Source: a virus
Lineage: Duplodnaviria; Caudoviricetes
Length of the DNA stretch: 64,000 bases
Direction: 5' to 3' (one strand)
Virus record (IMG/VR): IMGVR_UViG_3300037067_018433
The notes under the pieces were generated by a model. It made no database searches, had not been told where the DNA came from, and saw nothing but the letters and a program-made list of their open reading frames with translations. The stretch's first letter is position 1. The number at the start of each line of letters is the position of its first letter. This document shows positions 54,534-63,484 of this stretch, one piece after another. The position numbers were made by a program, and so were the translations under genes.

Positions 54534-55238
54534 ATGAACCGCGAGATGGCTGCCACGTTCGGACATGCTCCCGTAGATCCTGGGATGGTCAAGGAAGCCG
54601 CGTATCGCGACGCGTTCACCAAGCTGGCGGCCGAAGAGGGGATCGACCTGACCAAGCTCTCGGACATCGACCTGGCTAACGAGTACTCGGCGTTCTGCGG
54701 CCAGCTGAAGATCGCGGAGATCCAGCAGGCCAAGTTTGCGGAGTTCGAGCGCGTCGGTCGGGCACTAGCCCGCCACTGGTTCTACAAGGCAGCAGCCGAG
54801 GCCGCCGCTCTCCCCCTGTCATTGGAGCAGCAGATCGCGGAACTCCAGGGTCTGGATCTTCCGCCGGATGTTCTTGAACAGGGCGTGCAGAACCTTTCGG
54901 CGCAGAAGGCGCAGATAGCTGCGGGTCGCGCCGAAGCTCTCCGTGCGGCACGTCAAGCAGAGATGACAGCCAAGGCGACGGGAGAGGGCGCTGCGTGGGA
55001 GCGCGCGTTTGGCGCGGCATCCGCCAAGAAGCCAGGGTTGTGGTCTCATCTCAGCCCGGCTGGCTTGGGTGAAGCCCTGTCCAAGGGGAATTGGGGTACG
55101 GCGCTGCGCAAGGCCGCTCCGTTGGGAGCGGCGGTTCTGGGTGGCAAGTACCTCCTCGACCGCCGACGTGAGCGAGAGATGGCTGGACAACAGGCGTCCA
55201 TGGGTGCGCCTCCGGCCGTGAGCATGGCGGGCGTCTAG
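54534..55238 (+). CDS. putative internal head protein, paralogous N-domain
   Basis: IDLTKLSD.DL and KFAEFERVGRALARH resemble the 53557 protein. Confidence 0.6.
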   Translation: MNREMAATFGHAPVDPGMVKEAAYRDAFTKLAAEEGIDLTKLSDIDLANEYSAFCGQLKIAEIQQAKFAEFERVGRALARHWFYKAAAEAAALPLSLEQQIAELQGLDLPPDVLEQGVQNLSAQKAQIAAGRAEALRAARQAEMTAKATGEGAAWERAFGAASAKKPGLWSHLSPAGLGEALSKGNWGTALRKAAPLGAAVLGGKYLLDRRREREMAGQQASMGAPPAVSMAGV

Positions 55239-55339
55239 CCCGCGGGGAACGAGACGCGCTGCGGAGAGCGGACGACCCGCTGATGGGTTGAATGCTCGGG
55301 GATGCGTGACCGCGGCTCGGTCCTACAAGGAACAGGACG

Positions 55340-56065
55340 ATGGCCAACGAGAACACCGAACTGCAGGCGTTCCTGCAGAAGAACAGTCCTACCATGACCA
55401 AGGAGGCCATGGAGGGGGCGATCAGGGAGATCGAGGACAGCTTCATCAAGGCGGCGACCGGTGCGGGAAGCGCCGTGACCGCGGCCGAGCTGGTCAAGCT
55501 GGCTGAGGAGCATCCCGACCAGTGGCACAACCTGGTCAACAACTACGTCAGCGAGTGCCTCGTCGCCGCCGAGCAGGAGAAGCAGGCGGCCGCGGTTCGG
55601 GAGCAGGAGGCGCTCCAGAAGCAGGCGCAGAGCGCCGAGGCCATCGCGCTGGGCCAGCTCATGGCGCACGCCATGGTCGACGAGCTGACCAAGATCGGCG
55701 AGGAGATGTACGCCGCGAAGAAGGCGGACGACGAGAAGGACGAGAAGGGCGAGAAGGAAGACAAGGACAAGAAGGACGGGAACCCCTTCGCCAAGAAGGA
55801 CGACGACAAGAAGGACGACAAGAAGGACGACGACAAGAAGGACGGTGGGGACCTTCCGCCGGCGCTCGCGCAGGCCATGAAGAGCGAGGAGAAGGAGGGG
55901 GCCGCCAAGCCGGCGCCCCTGCCGCTCGAGGTGGTCGAACTGCGCAGCGCCATCCGTACCAAGGTGGCGCACCAGGTCCCGATCACTCCGCAGGAGGACC
56001 GCATCCTCGGTCTGTGCAAGCTGGCCGAGAGCGGGTACAACGTCGACTGGTCCGGCGTGAAGTAG
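55340..56065 (+). CDS. scaffold-like protein
   Basis: Helical, many K-x-A, LGQLMAHAMVDELTKIG, Lys/Asp low-complexity tract. Confidence 0.6.
   Translation: MANENTELQAFLQKNSPTMTKEAMEGAIREIEDSFIKAATGAGSAVTAAELVKLAEEHPDQWHNLVNNYVSECLVAAEQEKQAAAVREQEALQKQAQSAEAIALGQLMAHAMVDELTKIGEEMYAAKKADDEKDEKGEKEDKDKKDGNPFAKKDDDKKDDKKDDDKKDGGDLPPALAQAMKSEEKEGAAKPAPLPLEVVELRSAIRTKVAHQVPITPQEDRILGLCKLAESGYNVDWSGVK
55727..55843 (+). repeat. low-complexity coding repeat (KKDDD / DEK)
   Basis: Tandem aagaaggacgac(gac) units. Confidence 0.7.
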
Positions 56066-56075
56066 GGGGTGGGCT

Positions 56076-57092
56076 ATGGAAACTCGCCGCCCACTCAAGG
56101 ATCTCATCGCAGCGGCCGTTGCGCAGGCTGAGCAAGAGAAGCTCGCAGCGCACCAGCCCAAGCCGGAAGTGAAGACCGCCGAAGCGGCTCCGGCCCTCGA
56201 CGTGGGGGACACCAAGGTGGCGCTGGCTCTGGCCAAGGTGGGTCATGAGCTGGCCGTCAACCTGAAGAAGCAAGCGGAGGAAGCCACCGCGGCCAGCGCG
56301 AGCCTGACGCGCGGACCTGCGCAGAGCGCGCCGCAGACCACGCTGGCGTCCCCCGGGCGCACCCCCGACATGTCGCCGTCCGCCGGTCCCCTCTCCTCGA
56401 AGGACACCTCCGAGAAGCCGGGGGCACCGTCGCTGACCCCGACGACCACCAGCCCGCAGCAGGAGTTCCCGGAAGCCAAGAAGCTGGCGGCTGCCCAGGT
56501 GCTCGCCGAGACCCATGCTCGGTACGCGGCGGCCGCCGCGGTGATGAACAAGACCGCCAACCAGCCGCTCGGCGGTGTGACGGACGGCGCCAAGCCGGTG
56601 GCTGGCGAGCCCCCGGAGAAGCGGCCGGACGCCCCGTCGTCCCACGGCACCCCGCTGCCACCCACGACCCCCGAGGCCGTGGCGGCGTTCACCAACCTGA
56701 ACGCCGACAAGCAGCACACCGCGGACATGCCGGCGCAGGTCGCGTCGCCCGCCGCCGGCGCCTCACGTCCGGACGCGGCCATGGCCCACGTCCAGGCCGG
56801 CGCGTCGACCGCAACCAAGGCCGCGGCCATGCGCGCGTACCTCAACGTGCTGCCGCCGACCAGCAAGCTCGCGGCCGCCATCCGCAATCAGCTGGCGGAG
56901 CTGAACAAGCAGGCGGGCGATCCGGCGCTGCCCATCAACCCGCCCGTCGACCTGGCTGCGCAGATGAACCCCACGCTGCCGCCGCCGGTTCGCGCTGATC
57001 TCCCCGGGTCCCCCGTGGCTCCGGGCATCGTCCCGACGCCAGACGCGCGGGGCAGCAACGACCCCGGCATTGCGCCGGCGTTGGTTCGGTAG
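56076..57092 (+). CDS. Pro/Ala-rich K-x-A-rich scaffold/head protein
   Basis: At least 9 K-x-A sites separated by disordered linkers. Confidence 0.6.
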   Translation: METRRPLKDLIAAAVAQAEQEKLAAHQPKPEVKTAEAAPALDVGDTKVALALAKVGHELAVNLKKQAEEATAASASLTRGPAQSAPQTTLASPGRTPDMSPSAGPLSSKDTSEKPGAPSLTPTTTSPQQEFPEAKKLAAAQVLAETHARYAAAAAVMNKTANQPLGGVTDGAKPVAGEPPEKRPDAPSSHGTPLPPTTPEAVAAFTNLNADKQHTADMPAQVASPAAGASRPDAAMAHVQAGASTATKAAAMRAYLNVLPPTSKLAAAIRNQLAELNKQAGDPALPINPPVDLAAQMNPTLPPPVRADLPGSPVAPGIVPTPDARGSNDPGIAPALVR

Positions 57093-57102
57093 GGAGGGCA
57101 TC

Positions 57103-57507
57103 ATGGAAGCCATGGAGAAGATCGCGAGCATGAAGCCCTACGAGCAGGTCGACCTGATGGCCGGCTCGCTCGAGAAGCTGGCGGAGAAGTGCAACAGCTT
57201 GTCCGTCGAGAACACGAAGATCGCAGCACAGCTGGAGATGGAGAAGCTGTGCACGCAGGTGCTGGAATCGGGGCAAACCCCGTGGACGTCCCGTGCGGAT
57301 GCCTTGGCCGGGCTGAACAAGCTCGCGGCCGAGGGCAAGCTGGACGCGCTGAAGGTGGGCCTCGAGCTGGGACCGGGCATGGTGGCCAAGGTGGCGAGCG
57401 GTCTGTCGTCCGAGACGCAGGTGGACGGCAAGACGCGCACTACGGACATCGCGGGTCACCGCGCCAACGTCCTGGCGGCGCTCACCGGAGGGGTCGCAGA
57501 CGGCTAG
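57103..57507 (+). CDS. K-x-A-rich scaffold-like protein
   Basis: KIA, KLA, KIA, KLA, KVA; GGAGG SD. Confidence 0.6.
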   Translation: MEAMEKIASMKPYEQVDLMAGSLEKLAEKCNSLSVENTKIAAQLEMEKLCTQVLESGQTPWTSRADALAGLNKLAAEGKLDALKVGLELGPGMVAKVASGLSSETQVDGKTRTTDIAGHRANVLAALTGGVADG

Positions 57508-57552
57508 CGACCAAGCAGAAGGCTGAAGCAACAGGAAGAAGGAGAGTAGCAG

Positions 57553-58035
57553 ATGGTTCCCCCGAATATGGACGTCGTTCGACCGACGTTCGCCAAGGTC
57601 GAGACGAAGTCGCACCCGCTGATCGCGGCTCTGCAGGCGTCCGTGTCCCCGACCTCGGTCCTCCCCCTGATCCAGGGCGAGTGGCTGAGCGAGGCCAACG
57701 ACGTCTGGCAGCGCCCCGGCACCCCCGCCGGCAACGAGATCACGATCCCCATGTGGCCCCACTGGAACCAGCAGGGTGCCACCACCGTCCAGGCGTGTCT
57801 CCAGACGTCCGCGCTCGTCCCGTGCTACGAGGCGTGGACCCTGGTGTGGGACGCGCTGGTCGCTCCGCCCCTCGCCTACGGCAACCAGCTTGCCGTGGCG
57901 GTCGCCGCCGGTGGCACGTACGCCGGCTACGCAGAGCTGCTGCGCCTGACGGGCGCCGGCTACCCCATCGGCTTCGTCATCGGAATTGTGCCGACGGCCA
58001 CCGGCCAGCGGCTCTTCTTCCGGACGAACTACTAG
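57553..58035 (+). CDS. capsid decoration/cement protein (putative)
   Basis: 160 aa, immediately upstream of the MCP; PLIQGEWL. Confidence 0.5.
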   Translation: MVPPNMDVVRPTFAKVETKSHPLIAALQASVSPTSVLPLIQGEWLSEANDVWQRPGTPAGNEITIPMWPHWNQQGATTVQACLQTSALVPCYEAWTLVWDALVAPPLAYGNQLAVAVAAGGTYAGYAELLRLTGAGYPIGFVIGIVPTATGQRLFFRTNY

Positions 58036-58048
58036 GAGGAGGAAGAAC

Positions 58049-59170
58049 ATGGACGCCCAGATGGTCAATGCCTCCTTCTCCCGCCAGAGCGACTTCGAGG
58101 CCTACCGCGAGAAGGTCGCGGCGGAGATGCGTCCCCTCATCCAGGACCACATCTACGAAGCAGGCTTCGCTCGCAAGATCATCCCCACCAGCCCGCCGGG
58201 ACAGCTCCAGGTGTCCACGAGCGGCCACGACACGCTGCACTGCGTCCTCGAGCTGCCGACGCCCGACGTCCGCGCGATGACCATCGACTTCCGTGGCGAC
58301 ACGGGAGCCTCGATCGTCCGCGGGCCGAAGGTGGCCGTCGCGTTCTGGACCATCCAGACCGAGAAGCAGCAGATCGTCGAGCAGGAGCTGCTGGCGTACT
58401 CCAACCCCATCGTGACGATGGTGGAAGAGCGCATCCCGAAGGCCATCCAGGAGGTCGAGGACCGGACCCTGGTGACCTACGCGGAGCTCGCGGTTCAGGC
58501 CGTGCAGCTGGCGGCCAACGGCGTGGCCACCGCGCTCAACTCGGCGACCATCGCCGTCGGCGGCGTCGTCGAGGATGCGTGCCTCAAGGGCGAGCTGGCG
58601 CGCGTCGCGTTCCCGACCACCTCGTCCGTGCCGCTCACCATCCAGCGGCCGGACGTCCCCCGCCTCAAGCGGCTCTTCACGCGCAACAAGATGCTGCGCG
58701 CGGAGACCATCCTCATCCCCGAGTTCGACTACGGCGGGGTGTCCGAGTGGACGATCGCCGACCTCGGCAACGAGCTCACCGGCGAGACCCTGCGCACCGG
58801 CCTGAAGACGGAGACGTTCTTCAACAGCCGCGTCGTGCAGACGCTCAAGACCAACATCCTGCGCCCGGGCAACATCTACGCGTTCGCGCCGCCGGAAGCG
58901 TTGGGCGTGTTCTACATGCTCAACGACACCAAGTTCTTCATCGACAAGCGCGGCAACAAGATCGAGTTCTGGGCCTGGGAAGACATCGGCATGTGCATCG
59001 CGAACATCCGCGCCTGCGGGAAGCTCGAGCTGTACCCGTGCGATGCGAACCCCGTCACCAACGCCGACGCCCTGCTGGCGAACGTCACGACCCTGGCCGA
59101 GGGCAACCTCGGGGTGCTCAACAACGGGGCCGACGCCAACAACTACGTCCGCGCGATCGTCCAGTTCTAG
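58049..59170 (+). CDS. major capsid protein
   Basis: 373 aa; AGGAGGAGG SD; very high GC3; YEAGFARKII, AIQEVED, PPEALGVFY, F.AWEDIGM.IAN; followed by a terminator. Confidence 0.8.
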   Translation: MDAQMVNASFSRQSDFEAYREKVAAEMRPLIQDHIYEAGFARKIIPTSPPGQLQVSTSGHDTLHCVLELPTPDVRAMTIDFRGDTGASIVRGPKVAVAFWTIQTEKQQIVEQELLAYSNPIVTMVEERIPKAIQEVEDRTLVTYAELAVQAVQLAANGVATALNSATIAVGGVVEDACLKGELARVAFPTTSSVPLTIQRPDVPRLKRLFTRNKMLRAETILIPEFDYGGVSEWTIADLGNELTGETLRTGLKTETFFNSRVVQTLKTNILRPGNIYAFAPPEALGVFYMLNDTKFFIDKRGNKIEFWAWEDIGMCIANIRACGKLELYPCDANPVTNADALLANVTTLAEGNLGVLNNGADANNYVRAIVQF

Positions 59171-59192
59171 CTCTCCTGCCACCCACCAACTA

Positions 59193-59229
59193 CCCCTGGG
59201 GCCTTCGGGCCCCGGGGCTCCTTCTGTTC
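59193..59229 (+). terminator. terminator after the MCP
   Basis: CCCCTGGGGCC-TTCG-GGCCCCGGGG hairpin, pyrimidine tail. Confidence 0.6.
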
Positions 59230-59273
59230 ACCAGCGAGTCCTGCGTGGTACGCTTGATTCAGGAGTGAAAACC

Positions 59274-60026
59274 ATGCGCATCACGGTGTCCGCTCGTTCA
59301 TCGCACCCGAAGTTGACCACCATGCAGCTCATGAACTTCTACGCCTCCAATCCCAGGATCGAGGGGCAGGAGATCCGCGTTGGCCATCCTGCGTACGTGG
59401 ATGAGCACCAGCTGGACGCCAACGATGCCATGCTCCGCGGCCTGGTGCGGGATGGGTATGTGGACCTGCTGGACGAAGAGGGCCGCCCGTGGAAGATGCC
59501 GGAGCCGTACGTGTACGACCCGATGGCGCCCCTCATCCCCGAGGTCGTCGCACCCGTCGTTCCGACGCTCCCCGAGCCCCCTACTTCGCTGCCGATGATC
59601 GAAGCGCCGGTCCTGACGCCGATCAAGGTCCTCGAGGTCAAGGTCCAGGAGCCTACGGAGCCCCCGCCGGTGGCCGAGCCAGAGCCTGTCGAGCCGGAGC
59701 CGGTGGTGGCGCCGCCTGTCGTCGAACCGGCGCCTGCGGAGACCCCACCGGTGGCCGAGCCAGAGCCTGTCGAGCCGGAGCCGGTGGTGGAGCCCCCGCC
59801 GGCGGCAGAGCCTGCGGTGGTCGAGCCGCCGGCTATCGAACCGCCGGCGGTCGAGTCCGACCCTGCCCCGGCCGCCGACCCCGTGGAGCCGATCATCCCC
59901 GCGCTCACCGTGGTCCCCGACCTGGAGGAAGCCGCGCCCCCGAAGGAGGAGCCCGTCGACTTTCTGCGCGACGTCGTGATGAAGCGCGCGACGCAGGAAA
60001 CGAAGAAGTCGCGCCGCCGGAGCTAG
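59274..60026 (+). CDS. Pro/Glu-rich protein
   Basis: AGGAG SD; P/E/V-rich low-complexity tail. Confidence 0.65.
   Translation: MRITVSARSSHPKLTTMQLMNFYASNPRIEGQEIRVGHPAYVDEHQLDANDAMLRGLVRDGYVDLLDEEGRPWKMPEPYVYDPMAPLIPEVVAPVVPTLPEPPTSLPMIEAPVLTPIKVLEVKVQEPTEPPPVAEPEPVEPEPVVAPPVVEPAPAETPPVAEPEPVEPEPVVEPPPAAEPAVVEPPAIEPPAVESDPAPAADPVEPIIPALTVVPDLEEAAPPKEEPVDFLRDVVMKRATQETKKSRRRS
59667..59790 (+). repeat. 43-nt exact direct repeat within the CDS
   Basis: 59667-59709 = 59748-59790 (PVAEPEPVEPEPVV). Confidence 0.85.
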
Positions 60027-60027
60027 C

Positions 60028-60552
60028 ATGGACGCGCAGCTCTCCAATCTTCAGGGTGCGGTCAACCTGGACGAGCTCTATCGATCCACCCTGGCCCTCA
60101 TCCGTTCCTGGTTGCGGGACTTCGCACAGCTGAACCTTCTGCTCGAGCGCGAGGAGACCGACGAGAAGACGCTGCTCATGTGCCTGCAGATGGCGGTGGT
60201 CGACGTGAACGCCACGCCGCCCCCGACCAGCTGGCCGCTGCGCACCATGATCGACCGCGCCTACATCCACATCCTGACGTACGGGACCACGGTGTACGTC
60301 ATGGAGTCGCTGATGATCCTGGAGACGCGCAACCACCTGAACTGGCAGGAAGGCGGCCAAGCTCTCGGCCTAATGGATCGCAGTCCGATGCTGGAGCAGC
60401 GCTCCCGATACTTCCGCGACGTGTTCGAGACGAAGTTGAAGCAGAAGAAGATCTCCGACTCGATCAACGACGCGATGGGTATCGGAGATACTGGAGTTCA
60501 TTCAGAATACTGGTTGGTAAACGGATGGCTGTGGACCAGCCAACTGCCGTAG
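60028..60552 (+). CDS. head-tail adaptor/neck protein (putative)
   Basis: IRSWLRD...N...E..D, AV.D.N.TPP; position after the MCP. Confidence 0.55.
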   Translation: MDAQLSNLQGAVNLDELYRSTLALIRSWLRDFAQLNLLLEREETDEKTLLMCLQMAVVDVNATPPPTSWPLRTMIDRAYIHILTYGTTVYVMESLMILETRNHLNWQEGGQALGLMDRSPMLEQRSRYFRDVFETKLKQKKISDSINDAMGIGDTGVHSEYWLVNGWLWTSQLP

Positions 60553-60561
60553 GAGTACAAG

Positions 60562-61944
60562 ATGTCCGAACAGCCGCGTAACCAGGCCTTGATCGAGTCG
60601 TACATCGGGGATCTGGACGAGCTTCTCCAGAAGCCGTTCCACGTCAAAGGCTACCTGGAGGATGCCTCGGGGAAGAGGAACGCTCTCGGACTGGCGGTGG
60701 GCAAGAGCTGGATCGAGCACCGGCACGCGGTGGTCCTGGCGTTGCCGTTTGCAGCGGAAGCCGCGCCGACGCCTGCCAGTGTGGGCATCCCGCTCTACCC
60801 CTACGAACAAGCCCGCCTGTACCTCGAGTTCACCGGGGCCCTTGCGGGTACCGAGGCCATGACGGTGCGCATCTGGCACCGTCACGTGGCGTACGACGAC
60901 GCGCTGTCCTTTGGTCCCTGGACCATGTGGAAGGAGATCGACAACATCCACCACCTGGTCGAGCACCTGGACAACGGCCTGTACCATCGCGAGATCTACG
61001 TACAGCTGGTGACCTACGGCCCGCTGACGGCAACCGCGACAGCCGTCAACGTGTGGGTGGCCGGCGCGACCGGCATCGTCGAGAGCTCGTTCGCCGACGT
61101 CAACGTCGACGCCGGGGATCTCGACGTCCACATCTCGGCCATCCCCGAGGCTCCTGGGGAGACCGCCGATTCGGTGTTCACCTACGACGGTGACCTGGGA
61201 GAGCGGCGGGTCGTGCCCATCGATGGCGGGTCCATCACGCCGCCCGTAGCCGGCGGCAACGTCGTACAGTTCACCGGCGTCATGCTGGCGGGCAAGGCCT
61301 GGAAGGTCTTCAACCTGACGGAGAGGACCTGGCACCACATCTCGAGCGCCATCACGGACCCCGCCGGCGGCGGCATGGGCACCTTCACCATCGCGCCCCC
61401 GGTGGTCGCCGCCAACTGCGTGCTGCTCATCCCCTACCAGTCGACGCCCCACGCCTGGAACAGCGCGGCGGACGCCGAGCAGACGATGGCTGTCGTTGGT
61501 GATCCCCCGCGCATCAACGGCCCGGTGACGTTCATCAGCCAGACGGCGGCCACCGACAACGGCACGTATCAGTGGGTGATTCCATGCGCGCTCTACGGCC
61601 GGTGGCAGTTGCAGATCATCTGGTCGACGGCAGCCGGTACGCGTACGGTGCAGTTCCGCAGCTACGGCAAGGTGGATGACGCCGCGTGGCCGCTTCCCGC
61701 AGGTGGACCGCCCACCGTTACCACGATCAACCAGGCGCTCTGCATCGACGACAAGTGGGATCCACACACGCTTGGAGGCGCCACGCAGTTCGGGGCGGTC
61801 GCCGCAGGTAACGGAACGCTCGTCGCACGGATCCTGGAGCAGACGGGCTACCACAGCATCGCGGTAGAAGCGGTGGTTGCGGGCGACGATGCCAACAACA
61901 CCGTGATCACAGCGTACTACACGCTGTATGGAGCGACGAAATGA
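60562..61944 (+). CDS. virion structural protein
   Basis: beta-rich, 460 aa; AGGAG SD. Confidence 0.6.
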   Translation: MSEQPRNQALIESYIGDLDELLQKPFHVKGYLEDASGKRNALGLAVGKSWIEHRHAVVLALPFAAEAAPTPASVGIPLYPYEQARLYLEFTGALAGTEAMTVRIWHRHVAYDDALSFGPWTMWKEIDNIHHLVEHLDNGLYHREIYVQLVTYGPLTATATAVNVWVAGATGIVESSFADVNVDAGDLDVHISAIPEAPGETADSVFTYDGDLGERRVVPIDGGSITPPVAGGNVVQFTGVMLAGKAWKVFNLTERTWHHISSAITDPAGGGMGTFTIAPPVVAANCVLLIPYQSTPHAWNSAADAEQTMAVVGDPPRINGPVTFISQTAATDNGTYQWVIPCALYGRWQLQIIWSTAAGTRTVQFRSYGKVDDAAWPLPAGGPPTVTTINQALCIDDKWDPHTLGGATQFGAVAAGNGTLVARILEQTGYHSIAVEAVVAGDDANNTVITAYYTLYGATK

Positions 61945-62357
61945 GCCTCGCGTACAAGGACAGTAGGTCGAAGCCGAAGATGCTGCACCCCGAGCTTCTG
62001 CCGGACCTGGATGCGGCGTTGGAGGCCATCTCCACGTTCAAGTCCGACCACTACGTTGCATCAAAGGGCAACATCCCAGTCGCCCGTGCCCAGCACCTGA
62101 TGCGGGAGTTCGGAAAGGTCGAGCCGATGCTGCTCGCGGCGATCAAGGACTTGTCGGTCAAGACGAAGGCAGAAGCGGTCAGCTTCGTGCAGGCCAACAC
62201 CGCCGAGTTCCCGGCGGTCAAGTTCGTCAACCTGATCCAGGACAACCTGACGCGTGTGGAACAGACCGGCGTGGACGGGGAAGGCCACCCGATCTACGAG
62301 ACGATCCCCGCTACCTGGGCGGAGACGATCACCGCGGCGAAGGTGGAGGAGGTCTAG
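61941..62357 (+). CDS. hypothetical protein
   Basis: ATGA overlap. Confidence 0.6.
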   Translation: MSLAYKDSRSKPKMLHPELLPDLDAALEAISTFKSDHYVASKGNIPVARAQHLMREFGKVEPMLLAAIKDLSVKTKAEAVSFVQANTAEFPAVKFVNLIQDNLTRVEQTGVDGEGHPIYETIPATWAETITAAKVEEV

Positions 62358-62358
62358 C

Positions 62359-62952
62359 ATGTCTGGTCACGTTCTGTTTCGCTCTCGACTTGCCCAGGCC
62401 CCCGCCTTCACCGCGGCCAACGACGAGAAGTCGGGGCACCCGATCCTGAACGAGTTCCGAGAGATCGTGCTCGCGGGCTACAACTGGGTTGGCCGGTTTC
62501 TGAACGTGGCGGAAGCCAATCCGCTCAGCTACCAAGTCCCCGAGCAGGAGCTTGCGGCGGCCGTGGCCATCGTCGTCGCCACCCCGCAGTATTTTCCGTC
62601 GTCGGCAGGTATGGCGATGCTGGGGTTCAAGGATCTGAGTGCAGGGTTCACCACAGTCACAGGGGCCAACGCCGGGGACACCATGAAAGTGGAGTTCCAG
62701 GTGTCAGATGACACCACCAATCCGCCTGCTGCTGGCTCGTGGACCCCGGCATCCGCTGTGGCCGTGGATCAGGCGACCGCAGCCCTTGGTCCGGCGGCAG
62801 GCTGGCTGACTACGTCGGTCGGTCCTGCATTGACGACGGCGTGGACAGTGAACTGGAACAAGCTGAACGTCCGGAGGTTCAGGTTCCTGGTGACGGCCGG
62901 GGTCCACGATGGAACCCTGACCCGGTTGCATATCCGCCAGACGGCGTTGTAG
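62359..62952 (+). CDS. virion structural protein (putative)
   Basis: GGAGG SD; beta-sandwich-like composition. Confidence 0.55.
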   Translation: MSGHVLFRSRLAQAPAFTAANDEKSGHPILNEFREIVLAGYNWVGRFLNVAEANPLSYQVPEQELAAAVAIVVATPQYFPSSAGMAMLGFKDLSAGFTTVTGANAGDTMKVEFQVSDDTTNPPAAGSWTPASAVAVDQATAALGPAAGWLTTSVGPALTTAWTVNWNKLNVRRFRFLVTAGVHDGTLTRLHIRQTAL

Positions 62953-62961
62953 GAGCAGCAG

Positions 62962-63477
62962 ATGTCAGCGCCTTGCGACAACCAGAGAATCCAGGAGATC
63001 GACCGTCACCTGCACAACGTCGAGCGGTGGTACGGAAAGCTGGCGGTGCAAACGGCCACCGACTGGGCGGACAACAACATCGCTACGCCGTACCGGGCGA
63101 TCAGTGGAGCCAACGTGTACGGGGGCGACGCGAACGACGAGGCGAAAGTCGTGGGTACGGCAGACACCCCGGACATCGCGGGGACCACGTACTACGATGT
63201 GCACCGGCTGTTGATCGTTGCAGCGTCGACCACCACCGTCTGGAAACTTCGGGTGGTGTACGGCGCGGGGACCATGGCGGATGCGATCGCCGCTGGCCAG
63301 TACAGCACCCTGATGATCAAGATCGACCCAGCGGTAGGCCAGACGCCGTCCGTGGCCCACGACGTCATGATGCCGCGGTTGCGCTGTGGCGTCGATCAGG
63401 TCTGGGTTCAGGCGTGGAACGCGACGGACAATGCCACGGTTGACTTCTACGTCGGATGGCACGCCTACCTGGTGTAG
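62962..63477 (+). CDS. virion structural protein (putative)
   Basis: AGGAG SD; EIDRHLHNVERWYG motif. Confidence 0.6.
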   Translation: MSAPCDNQRIQEIDRHLHNVERWYGKLAVQTATDWADNNIATPYRAISGANVYGGDANDEAKVVGTADTPDIAGTTYYDVHRLLIVAASTTTVWKLRVVYGAGTMADAIAAGQYSTLMIKIDPAVGQTPSVAHDVMMPRLRCGVDQVWVQAWNATDNATVDFYVGWHAYLV

Positions 63478-63484
63478 GTGATCA

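Noticed and set aside
59667-59790. Direct repeat as a DGR template/variable pair or att site
   Set aside because: It is an exact in-frame duplication in a low-complexity linker; no reverse transcriptase or integrase is in the window.
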